Positions 47,772 through 59,019 of a DNA stretch of 64,000 bases are shown in pieces. Position 1 is the first letter of the stretch; each line of letters starts with the position of its first letter. The notes below the pieces were generated by a model that made no database searches, was not told the origin of the DNA, and saw only the letters and a program-made list of their open reading frames with translations. The DNA is from Abditibacteriaceae bacterium (GTDB lineage Bacteria; Armatimonadota; Abditibacteriia; Abditibacteriales; Abditibacteriaceae): NCBI GenBank assembly GCA_965277285.1, contig OZ255721.1:3713651-3777650 (forward strand). The letters are read 5' to 3'. The position numbers and the translations under genes were made by a program.

Positions 47772-49586
47772 TTATCCGACGACGGTTGTCGCTAAAAGGC
47801 GGTCGCGGTTGTTTTTGGCGTCGGTGTAATCAGGTTGAAGTTCGATGGCGCGCTTGTAAGCGGCGAGCGCTGCCGGTTTGTTTTTCATCGCTTCGAGCAC
47901 AACACCCCGATTATTATACGCGACTGAGTTCTTCGGGTCGCGCGCGATGATCGCGTCGTAAACTTTCAATGCCTCATCGTATTCGTGCGTATTGTAAAGC
48001 GCCAAACCGAGATTGATCTGCGCCGCGAGGTTGTTCGGGTTTTGCTTGAGCAAATCGCGGTATTGCTGCGCGGCATCGGCGAAGGCACCACTTTTGAGAT
48101 AGTTTTCTGCCAGGGCCGCGCGCGCTGCCGCCAATCGTGTCGTCAAGTCAGTGCGCCGCGCGACATCCGAAGGCGCTTCGCCTTTCGATCCAAGCGCTGG
48201 TAAAGCACGAATTTGGCGAGTGGCAACGCCGATCATCACGCGCCATTGCGCTGCAGCGCCGGGCAAATCGGCTTTCTGCGTCAAGGCCAGAGCCAGGTTG
48301 TTGCGCGCGTCAATTGAATCGGCGTCGCCTTTCAGAGCTGTTTGGAATTGTGCAATCGCGTCGTCCAAACGGTTGCGTTTGAGATAAATGCGCCCGACGT
48401 TGTTGGCAATCGAAGGATCGTCCGGCTGAATTTCCGCGGCTTGCGCGTAAGTTTTCAAGGCGTCGTCGAAACGCGCGCCGTAATCATACGATAAAGCTAA
48501 ATTGAACAAGCCGTTGAAATCCTTCGGCTGCAACGCGACGCCTTGCGCCAGCATTTTCTGTGCTTCAACCCAGCGCTTTTTCTGCAACAAAATCGTGCCC
48601 AGTTGCAGGTAAGCGGGCGCCGCCTGCGGATTCAAAGCCATCGCCTGGCGTAACGCCAACGCCGCCGCATCGGTGCGACCTTTGACGGTGCCCGCCGGGT
48701 CGGAGCGCAGCAAAACTGTTCCCAAATGCAAGGGATACGCATAGTTTTTCGCGTCGAGCGTTTGCGCCTGCCGATAATTTTCAATTGCTTTCGCCCAATT
48801 CGCCGCGCCTTCGTAGGCTTGTCCCAGACCGTCGTACAGCGTCGCATCTTTGGGCGATTGCGCGATCAGTTGCGCGAAATGCGGAACCGCATCGCTTTCC
48901 TTGCCGCGCGCCAGCAGCGCAAACGCGAGATTGTAGCGCGCATCGTTGTAAGCCGGATCGAGTTCGACCGCGCGACTATAAGCTGTCAGTGCACTCGAGT
49001 ACTCGTTCTTATTCCACAACGCCAGACCGATATAATTTTGAACTTGCGCGTGCGCGTGCGCATCGAGTTGAACACCCAGACTTTCCGCCGCATTGAGTGT
49101 TGTCAGCGCGTCGGCGGTGCGGTTTTGCAGCAAATACGTGTAGCCCAGCAGCATTTGCGACATCGCATCGTCCGGCGCCAATTTGGTCGCGTGTTCCAAG
49201 TAGGCCGCCGCTTCCGGCAAATTGTTCTTCTTGATCGCCGCCAAACCGTTGTTGTAGGCGCGCGTCACTTCGCGCATTTTTTCGCCCGTATCGTCCGGCG
49301 TCGGCGTCGCGGCGGGTGTTGCGTTTGGCGTCGCCGTCGGTGTTGCGACAGGCGTTGGCATCGCTTGTGGCGTGACTGTTATCGGTCCAGTAGTCGAATT
49401 AGGCGTCGCCGTCGCAATAGGCGTGGCTGCTGCTGTTGGCGTTGCCGTCGCAACTGGAGTCGGCGTGGCGGTTGGTGTGGCGCTTGGCGTCGCCATCGGC
49501 ATTGCAGTCTGAGCGTGCAAGGCGCCGCTTAAAGCGAGAAGGGCGAGCGGCGCGGAGAGGAATCGCGGGAAGGTCAAAGTTTTCAT
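47772..49586 (-). CDS. Secreted TPR-repeat protein with Thr/Pro/Ala-rich linker
   Basis: Signal peptide, a (ATPT)n-type linker, then more than 10 TPR-like repeats (AxxxYxxALxxxP). Confidence 0.85.
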   Translation of the reverse strand: MKTLTFPRFLSAPLALLALSGALHAQTAMPMATPSATPTATPTPVATATPTAAATPIATATPNSTTGPITVTPQAMPTPVATPTATPNATPAATPTPDDTGEKMREVTRAYNNGLAAIKKNNLPEAAAYLEHATKLAPDDAMSQMLLGYTYLLQNRTADALTTLNAAESLGVQLDAHAHAQVQNYIGLALWNKNEYSSALTAYSRAVELDPAYNDARYNLAFALLARGKESDAVPHFAQLIAQSPKDATLYDGLGQAYEGAANWAKAIENYRQAQTLDAKNYAYPLHLGTVLLRSDPAGTVKGRTDAAALALRQAMALNPQAAPAYLQLGTILLQKKRWVEAQKMLAQGVALQPKDFNGLFNLALSYDYGARFDDALKTYAQAAEIQPDDPSIANNVGRIYLKRNRLDDAIAQFQTALKGDADSIDARNNLALALTQKADLPGAAAQWRVMIGVATRQIRALPALGSKGEAPSDVARRTDLTTRLAAARAALAENYLKSGAFADAAQQYRDLLKQNPNNLAAQINLGLALYNTHEYDEALKVYDAIIARDPKNSVAYNNRGVVLEAMKNKPAALAAYKRAIELQPDYTDAKNNRDRLLATTVVG

Positions 49587-49588
49587 AA

Positions 49589-51553
49589 TCAGGCGGACGA
49601 TGCTTGGACGACGGGTTGTTTTTTGGACGTTTTGACGGCGGGCGCGGGCAAATGGCGGCGCATCGTATAAAGCAAACCGTCTTTGTCCAATCCCAGTTCA
49701 CGGCGCTGGATTTTCGGATGCGCGTGATGAATAAACTCATCGGGAATACCGACCAATGTCACGCCGACTTCGTGCAAGCCTTCGCGCTGCAACAATTCGA
49801 GTATTGCACTGCCAAAACCGCCTTGCACGGCGTTTTCTTCAATCGTCATCAAGTGACCCGAGCGGCGCGCGACTTCGCAAATCAATTCTTCGTCCAAAGG
49901 CTTGACAAAGCGCGCATTGACGACGCCAACTTTGCGACCTTCTTCTCTTAACACATCCGCCGCTTGCAGCGCGACATTGACGCAATGTCCAATGGCGATA
50001 ATGCCTAATTCAAGGTGGCCTTCTTCGCCGCGCAAAATCTCGCCTTTGCCAATTTGCATCGGTTCGAGCGGCGCATCCAAAGCCACGCCGACGCCATTTC
50101 CGCGCGGATAACGAACCGCTGCCGGGCCGTTCAGATTGACGCAGGTCGCCAGCATTTGCCGCAGTTCGGCTTCGTCTTTGGGCGCCATCACCGTCATGTG
50201 CGGAATGTGGCGCAGGTAGCTCAAGTCGAAAACGCCCTGATGCGTCGCGCCATCTTCGCCGACAATGCCGCCTCTATCCAGCGCGAACGTGACCGGCAAA
50301 CCTTCGCGCACCTGACACACATCGTGAATGATCTGGTCGTAAGCGCGCTGCATAAACGTCGAATAAATGGCGACAACCGGACGCAAACCGCCCAACGCCA
50401 GCCCGCTCGCAAACGTCACGGCGTGTTCTTCGATCATGCCGACATCGAAGCCGCGCGTCGGGAACTTCTCGATAAATTTGTCAATGCCAGTTCCGCCTGG
50501 CATCGCGGCTGTGATAGCAACGATGCGGTCATCTTTTTCGGCGAGTTCAATTAATGTATCGGAAAAAACCTGCGTATAAGACGGCGGCGCGGGCACGTTT
50601 TGAGTACTCGATTCATCTTTGGGCAGCACTTTGAAATCGGCGGGCGACGCGGCGTGCCACTTAATTTGGCCTCCAGCAGCTTCGGCTTTTTCGTAACCTT
50701 TGCCCTTCGTTGTGACGGCGTGAATGAGAACAGGGCCACCTATCGCACGCGCTGTTTTAAGCGCTTCGACCAGTTCCGGCAGCGAATGGCCGTTAATCGG
50801 GCCGAGATAATGGTAGCCCAATTCTTCAAACCAAAGCCCGGGAACCACCATCGAGCGCACGCTGGCGCGCATCTTTTGTCCCGCCTCGATGACAAGCTCG
50901 CCGCCCGGCAATCTCTTGAACACTTCTTCCAAACTTTGGCGCGTGTGACGATAAACCGGATCGGTGCGCACGCGACGAAGATAACGCGCCAGACTGGAAT
51001 AATTGTGCGAAATTCCCATCTCGTTATCGTTCAGCAAAACGATCAAATCGCTGCCCAGATGTCCAGCCTGATGCAAGCCCTCCAACGCTAAACCGCCGAC
51101 GAGCGAACCATCGCCAATGACGGCGACAACAGTTTCATCGGTGCCTTTCTTGCCGCGCAGGTCGCGCGCGACAGCGTAACCGAGAGCAGCAGAAATCGAA
51201 GTCGAGCCGTGGCCAGGATTGGTCGTATCGTGCTCGCTTTCCTCGACGCGCGGAAAGGGCGCGATGCCTTTGTGCTGGCGCAAGGTGGGAAATTGGTCGC
51301 GGCGTCCGGTCAGGATTTTGTGCGCATACGCTTGATAACCGACATCCCAGACGATTTTGTCTTTGGGCGAATCGAGCACATAGTGCAGCGCGACGCACAG
51401 TTCGACGGCGCCCAGAGGCCCACCAAAATGTCCGCCGTTTTCCGAAATGGTATGAATAATGTGGCGGCGCAGCTCGGCGGAAACGTCGGGAAGTTGGCTC
51501 ATGTTGAGGCGCTTCAAATCCGTCGGGCTGTTGATATGTTCCAAAAGTGCCAT
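49589..51553 (-). CDS. dxs: 1-deoxy-D-xylulose-5-phosphate synthase
   Basis: GGHFGGPLGAVEL, GDGSLVGGLALEGL (TPP motif) and HQGVFDLSYLR. Confidence 0.95.
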   Translation of the reverse strand: MALLEHINSPTDLKRLNMSQLPDVSAELRRHIIHTISENGGHFGGPLGAVELCVALHYVLDSPKDKIVWDVGYQAYAHKILTGRRDQFPTLRQHKGIAPFPRVEESEHDTTNPGHGSTSISAALGYAVARDLRGKKGTDETVVAVIGDGSLVGGLALEGLHQAGHLGSDLIVLLNDNEMGISHNYSSLARYLRRVRTDPVYRHTRQSLEEVFKRLPGGELVIEAGQKMRASVRSMVVPGLWFEELGYHYLGPINGHSLPELVEALKTARAIGGPVLIHAVTTKGKGYEKAEAAGGQIKWHAASPADFKVLPKDESSTQNVPAPPSYTQVFSDTLIELAEKDDRIVAITAAMPGGTGIDKFIEKFPTRGFDVGMIEEHAVTFASGLALGGLRPVVAIYSTFMQRAYDQIIHDVCQVREGLPVTFALDRGGIVGEDGATHQGVFDLSYLRHIPHMTVMAPKDEAELRQMLATCVNLNGPAAVRYPRGNGVGVALDAPLEPMQIGKGEILRGEEGHLELGIIAIGHCVNVALQAADVLREEGRKVGVVNARFVKPLDEELICEVARRSGHLMTIEENAVQGGFGSAILELLQREGLHEVGVTLVGIPDEFIHHAHPKIQRRELGLDKDGLLYTMRRHLPAPAVKTSKKQPVVQASSA

Positions 51554-51645
51554 TGTTGCTCCAAGGGTAAAACCGCTGCATCGAGTACTCGAAATCAAGT
51601 TTCGTGGTGCCGCATGAATGCTTTCGTTTGTCGAAAGATGAATAA

Positions 51646-51710
51646 CGAACCCGAAGCGTGAGCGAGGGAGATAGATTTGAATAATCTCCCTCGCTCACGC
51701 TTCGGGTTCG
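51646..51710. repeat. REP/MITE-like hairpin repeat, family R1 (copy E)
   Basis: CGAACCCGAAGCGTGAGCGAGGGAGAT...ATCTCCCTCGCTCACGCTTCGGGTTCG. Confidence 0.85.
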
Positions 51711-51727
51711 CCGGCTTAAACGGATTG

Positions 51728-52630
51728 CTACTTTTTTCTTTCCACCACAAAGTGCGCTAACTGACGCAGCGCGTCGGCTTCCGTGCCGAAAATCGTTAAA
51801 GCATCCAATGCGGCGTTCGAGGATTCGCGCGCCATTCGCTGTGCGCGTTCCAAACCGAAAATGCCGGTCGCGGTAATTTTTCCATTCGCGCTGTCAGACG
51901 AGGCTTTGCCAGTTTGATTCGGATCGCCAGTCACGTCCAAAACATCGTCCGCGATTTGAAAAGCGCGCCCCAGATGCGCACCGTAACTTCTTAAAGCCGC
52001 GATTTGTAACACGCTTCCGCCGCCGACTGTGGCACCAATTTCCGATGAAGCACGAATCAAGGCGCCCGTTTTCAAAGCGTGCATTTGCAGCAATTCTTCG
52101 CCGCTGACGCTTTCGACTTGCGCGTTCGACCACGCGATGTCGGTCGCTTGGCCGCCGACCATTCCGGCTTCACCTGATGCGTGCGCCAAAAGTCGAATCA
52201 CGTCGCGGATGTTGACCGCAGGCCAATCGCCGTTGGAGAGAGTTTCAAAAGCGAGAGTTAAAAGCGCGTCGCCTGCTAAAATCGCGGTCGCTTCGCCGAA
52301 TTGTTTGTGACAACTTGGTCGTCCGCGCCGCGTATCGGCGTTGTCCATCGCGGGCAAATCGTCGTGAACCAGGGAATAGGCGTGAATCATTTCCAGCGCG
52401 CACGCGGCGGGAAGTGCGTTGGAACTTTCGTAGTTTGCACCGCCAACAACATGGGCGCATTCGACGACAAGATGCGCACGCAAACGCTTGCCATTGCCCA
52501 GAACAGCGTAACGCATGGCACGACGCAACCCGTTGCGACCTTCATCGAGAGTGGAATCTTCGCGTTCGAGTACTCGATCCAGCGCGGCTTCGATGAACGA
52601 CGGCTGACAACACCAGCGAATCTCATTCAT
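51728..52630 (-). CDS. ispA: Polyprenyl (farnesyl/geranylgeranyl) diphosphate synthase
   Basis: First DDxxD motif (LVHDDLPAMDNADTRRG) and second (FQIADDVLD). The start overlaps the xseB stop (ATGAATGA). Confidence 0.9.
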   Translation of the reverse strand: MNEIRWCCQPSFIEAALDRVLEREDSTLDEGRNGLRRAMRYAVLGNGKRLRAHLVVECAHVVGGANYESSNALPAACALEMIHAYSLVHDDLPAMDNADTRRGRPSCHKQFGEATAILAGDALLTLAFETLSNGDWPAVNIRDVIRLLAHASGEAGMVGGQATDIAWSNAQVESVSGEELLQMHALKTGALIRASSEIGATVGGGSVLQIAALRSYGAHLGRAFQIADDVLDVTGDPNQTGKASSDSANGKITATGIFGLERAQRMARESSNAALDALTIFGTEADALRQLAHFVVERKK

Positions 52631-52949
52631 CGCCGCTTTCCTCGTCCGCATTTTCTTCGTCTTCGTCATCGTTCCAATTCAAACGCGCGGCAACCAATTC
52701 GCCGTCTTCAGTGGCGACCAATTGTTCCAACGTCGCTTCGGCGCGCGACAACGTTTCGTCGCACAAATTGGCGAGCGCAACGCCGCGCTGCAACAATTGC
52801 AACGATTCTTCAAGCGAAATGCGCCCCGCTTCGAGTTGCTCAACAACGCCGTCCAACTCGCGCAAGGCGTCTTCAAACGATAAATCGGACACTTCAGGAT
52901 TTTGTGGCGCGACGTGATTTGCTTTCATCTTCAATTGCATAAACGACAT
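52623..52949 (-). CDS. xseB: Exodeoxyribonuclease VII small subunit
   Basis: LSFEDALRELDGVVEQLEAGRISLEESLQLLQRG. Acidic C-terminal tail. The start could instead be the internal Met at 52928. Confidence 0.85.
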   Translation of the reverse strand: MSFMQLKMKANHVAPQNPEVSDLSFEDALRELDGVVEQLEAGRISLEESLQLLQRGVALANLCDETLSRAEATLEQLVATEDGELVAARLNWNDDEDEENADEESGDE

Positions 52950-52955
52950 TTTCTT

Positions 52956-53040
52956 AACGAACCCGAAGCGTAAGCGACGGGCTTCATGGTAGTTTCATGT
53001 AACTGCTACTCAAGCCCGTCGCTTACGCTTCGGGTTCGTT
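52956..53040. repeat. REP/MITE-like hairpin repeat, family R1 (copy F)
   Basis: AACGAACCCGAAGCGTAAGCGACGGGCTT...AAGCCCGTCGCTTACGCTTCGGGTTCGTT. It fills the xseA-xseB spacer and contains the xseA stop codon. Confidence 0.9.
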
Positions 53041-54264
53041 AGTCAACTTTTCTCCCAACCGCGCGCTTAACTTTCCGTCGCGCAGAGTAATCGTTACATC
53101 GCGTTCTTCGATTTGCGCGACGCTTGAAACCAAACGTCCGCTTTGCGTTTGGGAAACCAGCGCGTAGCCACGTTCGAGTACTCGTTTCGGGTCAAGCGCC
53201 GAAAGCTGAGCGCGCCGCGTTTGCACAATTTGCGCTTCTATTTTAACACGTTGCCGGACGATTTCGCGTGATTTTCGGCGTTGCGAAAGAACGCGCTCGC
53301 GCAACGGCTGCAATCTTTCGCGCGGATGCGTCAAGACGCGGCGCGAACGTAAACTGTCCAAACGGTGACGCGCCAGTTGAACGTCACCGCTAACGGCGTT
53401 CGCCATGCGTTCGCGCAACGATTGAACGCCCGCGCGCACTTCGCGTTGATTGGGCACGACCAATTCGGCGGCGGCGCTCGGCGTTGGAGCGCGCAAATCG
53501 GCGACGAAATCCAAAATCGTGAAATCGGTTTCATGTCCGACAGCCGAAACCAAAGGTTTGGGGAAGTTGGCCGCTGTGCGCGCCAGAGTCTCGTCGTTGA
53601 ACGCCCACAAATCTTCGGCTGAACCGCCGCCGCGCCCGATAATCACGACATCCAAGTCCTCGACCGAAGCCGCCCAATTCAAGGCGCGCACCAGGTCATC
53701 CGCGGCACCAAAACCTTGCACCGCGCTGGGAATAAACAGAACGTGCGCCAGCGGCCAGCGACGACGCAAAATCGTCAACATATCTTGAATGACGGCGCCG
53801 CTGGGAGACGTAATCAGGCCGATGCGCTTAGGCAAAACCGGCAAAGGCCGCTTGCGCGATTCATCGAAAAGCCCGTCGGCTGCGAGTTCGGTTTTCAGTT
53901 TCTCGAAGGCTTCGTAAAGCGCGCCTTGTCCGGCGAAGCGCAAGGTTTCGACGATAAACGAGACTTCGCCGCGCGGCGTGTAGAACTCGATGTGGCCTGT
54001 GGCAATCACGCGGTCGCCGTCTTTGGGGCGAAAGCTCAAGTTCGCCACGCTTTTGCGCCAGATGACGCCGCGAACCTGCGCCGCATCGTCTTTCAAAGTG
54101 AAATAACAATGACCGGAACCGTAGCTTTTGAAACCGGAAATCTCGCCTTCGACCGCGATGTCGGACAAAATCGCATCGCTTTCGAGCACGCGTTTGATCT
54201 GCCACGACAATTCGCCAACAGTCAGCGCGCCGTTGTCATCGTCTTGTGTAAAAAGGGAAAGCAC
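53023..54264 (-). CDS. xseA: Exodeoxyribonuclease VII large subunit
   Basis: N-terminal OB fold (VEGEISGFKSYGSGHCYFTLKD), catalytic core (ITSPSGAVIQD, RGGGSAEDLWAFN). Confidence 0.92.
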   Translation of the reverse strand: MLSLFTQDDDNGALTVGELSWQIKRVLESDAILSDIAVEGEISGFKSYGSGHCYFTLKDDAAQVRGVIWRKSVANLSFRPKDGDRVIATGHIEFYTPRGEVSFIVETLRFAGQGALYEAFEKLKTELAADGLFDESRKRPLPVLPKRIGLITSPSGAVIQDMLTILRRRWPLAHVLFIPSAVQGFGAADDLVRALNWAASVEDLDVVIIGRGGGSAEDLWAFNDETLARTAANFPKPLVSAVGHETDFTILDFVADLRAPTPSAAAELVVPNQREVRAGVQSLRERMANAVSGDVQLARHRLDSLRSRRVLTHPRERLQPLRERVLSQRRKSREIVRQRVKIEAQIVQTRRAQLSALDPKRVLERGYALVSQTQSGRLVSSVAQIEERDVTITLRDGKLSARLGEKLTNEPEA

Positions 54265-54504
54265 GACAAGAAGTTAAACCGCGATGAAGCGAAACGGCAA
54301 CTGCGATGAGGACTTGAGTACTCGAAATGCCAAAACACCCGATTTTCTGTTTCGAGTGTTTTGCTTTGTCATCATCAATCGTTGACTGACTTCACATCAG
54401 TCGCCGCTTTGACTTTTTACGGAACCTCACTTAGCTTCGTCGAAATATGTTGCATGAATATCCGAACAGAGTGCAGAATATCCGTTGTTACGTCTTGTTC
54501 GTAA

Positions 54505-55197
54505 CTATACTACCGCGTGCATCGTATTATTTCTCCACAGCTTCTTGATTTGCTGCAATTCGCGGGTAGCCAATCGAAGAGAATGTTCGTCGTTGTTCCA
54601 ATTCGATGCTTGCAACTTTGTCTTATCTTTTAATACGTTATCGCAGGCTTCCAAATAACCGCCCCAATCACGAGGCTCAGAGGCACTTGTATTAAGTGAG
54701 TTCCATAGGGCTTTGAGAGCAACTTCGAGCGTACGCATCAAGTGAAAAACACAGGCTGTGTAGCGCCCCATCGCGTAGCAGTTGCCAGCTTCTTGAACGT
54801 CAAAACACGCAGACGGAAACTTGTCGTACACCTCATCGCCAAATAGCTTTTCTCGTTCATAGTATGCAGCTTTTTCTGTTGGCATGAACAAGAAACGGCG
54901 CTGCTGAAGCTCTGCACTGGTAGCTTCATCAAACCAACGAATATCCTCTTCTATGTCCCTAAGAGTTCCATTTTCTAAATCTCCCAGCATCTTTGTCAAG
55001 ACTATGACTGCTGTTGTTAATTCTGCTTCTTTGCACAAAGTCAACAAGGAAGGGAGGAGCCTCTTTAATGCCAACCTATCGTCTGGAAGTAATTTGGCAT
55101 TGGCACCTCTTGCGTTTATAGTTTCGCCAATCACGTCTTTTGACAATTGGAGAACACGGTTGATGACTACGAAATTACGCACATTGTATTCAATCAT
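54505..55197 (-). CDS. Hypothetical protein with HEPN/DUF4145-like features (C-terminal Rx4H)
   Basis: FDVQEAGNCYAMGRYTACVFHLMRTLEVALKAL (HEPN-like helices) and C-terminal KKLWRNNTMH (R-x4-H). AT-rich and isolated. Confidence 0.45.
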   Translation of the reverse strand: MIEYNVRNFVVINRVLQLSKDVIGETINARGANAKLLPDDRLALKRLLPSLLTLCKEAELTTAVIVLTKMLGDLENGTLRDIEEDIRWFDEATSAELQQRRFLFMPTEKAAYYEREKLFGDEVYDKFPSACFDVQEAGNCYAMGRYTACVFHLMRTLEVALKALWNSLNTSASEPRDWGGYLEACDNVLKDKTKLQASNWNNDEHSLRLATRELQQIKKLWRNNTMHAVV

Positions 55198-55295
55198 GTT
55201 TCACAAGCTCGCTATTTGAAATGGTTCGGGATTCCATGCATCCGAACTAACATAGTTTGTCTTTTTCCAAGCAAAGCCTCAAGTACTCGATTGGC

Positions 55296-55324
55296 TTGAC
55301 AAACCTCGCAAAACCCGTCATAAT
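55296..55324 (+). promoter_or_regulatory. Sigma70-type promoter upstream of fusA
   Basis: TTGACA (55296-55301), 17-bp spacer, CATAAT (55319-55324). A near-copy of the 12-mer (55279-55290) sits just upstream. Confidence 0.65.
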
Positions 55325-55365
55325 TTGCACGTTTGAACGCAAATTAAGATCGAAAAGAAACCAGA

Positions 55366-55522
55366 CCGCAAGCGAAAACGGCAATGAAGAACGACGACGA
55401 AGACGATGAAGGCGAAGGATTGAACGGTTGATGGAACTCGCATGAGTCCACCTGACCTGTTCACCTTTTCTCGCATCTAATTCTCGTCGCACTTCGTTTC
55501 CGCTTTTCGCTTGCGGTTTTTT
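55366..55522 (+). ncRNA. Structured leader / candidate attenuator or small RNA ending in a U-run
   Basis: CCGCAAGCGAAAA (55366-55378) is perfectly complementary to TTTTCGCTTGCGG (55504-55516), which is followed by TTTTTT (55517-55522). Inner segments pair imperfectly. It encloses a 15-codon acidic ORF (55384-55431, MKNDDEDDEGEGLNG). Confidence 0.35.
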
Positions 55523-55632
55523 GTGTCTTTTTCACTCGGCGTTGCATCCAAACACCAACTTGAACGTCAAGGTAAGACGTTCATCTCAACGTTCACAATC
55601 CCCATTCGTGGGTCATTTCTGGAGACAAAATC

Positions 55633-57777
<2,145 letters not shown>

Positions 57778-57801
57778 GCCTTTGAACGTGTTGTAGTAAA
57801 G

Positions 57802-57835
57802 CAGCGGCGCTATCGAGTACTCGATAGCGCCGCTG
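57802..57835. terminator. Perfect 34-bp palindrome centred on TCGAGTACTCGA between convergent genes
   Basis: CAGCGGCGCTATCGAGT|ACTCGATAGCGCCGCTG, verified base by base. It lies 25 nt after the fusA stop. Confidence 0.85.
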
Positions 57836-57887
57836 TTCTGGTTTGTGTCAAGGGATTTCGGCACTTTTACGAACCGTGAACTCAATT

Positions 57888-58442
57888 TTAGTCATGCCTG
57901 TATGTAAGAATTACGACGCCTGAACTGAATATCTTCGTGTCAATCAACTTCAAAGGGAAGGTTTCGCTCGACTCCTTGAAGAGTTTCTTTCCGCTGCCGA
58001 AAATAATTGGATGTACCCAAATTCGATATTCATCAATCAGTTCACGTTGCATCAAAAAGTTAACAAGCTCGCTGCTGCCATAAATTAAAATATCTTGACC
58101 GGTCTGTTCTTTCAGCTTGAAAACTTCTTCCTCAATATTGTCTTGGATTAGGTTTGCGTTCCAATATAACTTCTTCAAAGTTGTCGAAACAACATATTTA
58201 GGCAAGCTATTCATTCGGTTTGCAAAACCTTCTTCATGCGTCATTGGAGGCCAAGCCGCTCCCAGAAGAAGATCATCAACAAAGCCTTCGTACGTAACAC
58301 GTCCCAGAAGAAGAGCATCGCTGGTAAAAAGTTGGTCGTTAGCGTACTTCACCATTTCGTCGTTCCAGAATGGCGTTGTCCAGAAAGGCGCTTCCATTAC
58401 ACCATCCAGCGTCACGTAAATTGATGCAATTATCTTTCTCAT
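57888..58442 (-). CDS. Dihydrofolate reductase-like (RibD C-terminal domain) family protein
   Basis: MRKIIASIYVTLDGVMEAP...LLLGRVTYEGF...ILIYGSSELV. AT-richer than the core genes. Confidence 0.8.
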   Translation of the reverse strand: MRKIIASIYVTLDGVMEAPFWTTPFWNDEMVKYANDQLFTSDALLLGRVTYEGFVDDLLLGAAWPPMTHEEGFANRMNSLPKYVVSTTLKKLYWNANLIQDNIEEEVFKLKEQTGQDILIYGSSELVNFLMQRELIDEYRIWVHPIIFGSGKKLFKESSETFPLKLIDTKIFSSGVVILTYRHD

Positions 58443-58487
58443 TTGTTCCTTCCGCTTGAGACGATTTGCGGCACTTCACTATTGCTA

Positions 58488-58937
58488 TCAAGTGTCGTAT
58501 TCGCCGCTGTCCCAAGGCTCATAAAAAGCTATGTAGTCGCCAGGCTCGGCTGTAATCCACCAATCTTCAGAGTCTTCGTCAGGTGGATATGGAACTAAGC
58601 CGAAAATTATGCCATCGTGTTCGATTTGGAACGGCTGAACTTCTATTCTCTGATATTCAACAGGGCCAATTTCTTCGATGCGCCGCGCGCAGATTTGTTC
58701 CGCGGCCTTGTAGGTCGATTCGCTACGCGTCCCTAAAGCATCAATCTTTGCTTCCAAAAAACTACCTTCCAGATTGAAAAGGTAAAGCGCAACGTAATCT
58801 TGCCCTATTTTACCGTCGATTGCTGGAACAAATGGCGTAGTAACGAAAAACTGTTTTCCATCGAAAGTGCGTCCGACATGAGTCGCATGGTGGTTGTCGT
58901 GATTTATGGCGATAAGTGTTGGCGATTCGTTATTCAT
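58488..58937 (-). CDS. Hypothetical protein
   Basis: ORF starting at MNNESPTL. AT-rich. No motif recognised. Confidence 0.5.
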   Translation of the reverse strand: MNNESPTLIAINHDNHHATHVGRTFDGKQFFVTTPFVPAIDGKIGQDYVALYLFNLEGSFLEAKIDALGTRSESTYKAAEQICARRIEEIGPVEYQRIEVQPFQIEHDGIIFGLVPYPPDEDSEDWWITAEPGDYIAFYEPWDSGEYDT

Positions 58938-59019
58938 AAGTTCCTCTACAACTTTACCAACGCTGCGATAGTATACGCGCCTGCGAAACCTGCGCTTTGA
59001 ACTGCGAGTGGAACTTGCG

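Noticed and set aside
55247-55492. An 81-aa minus-strand ORF next to the HEPN-like gene, considered as a possible antitoxin partner.
   Set aside because: It overlaps the fusA promoter and leader. Its translation is Arg/Leu-rich with no recognisable MNT, HTH or antitoxin features, and it has no RBS.
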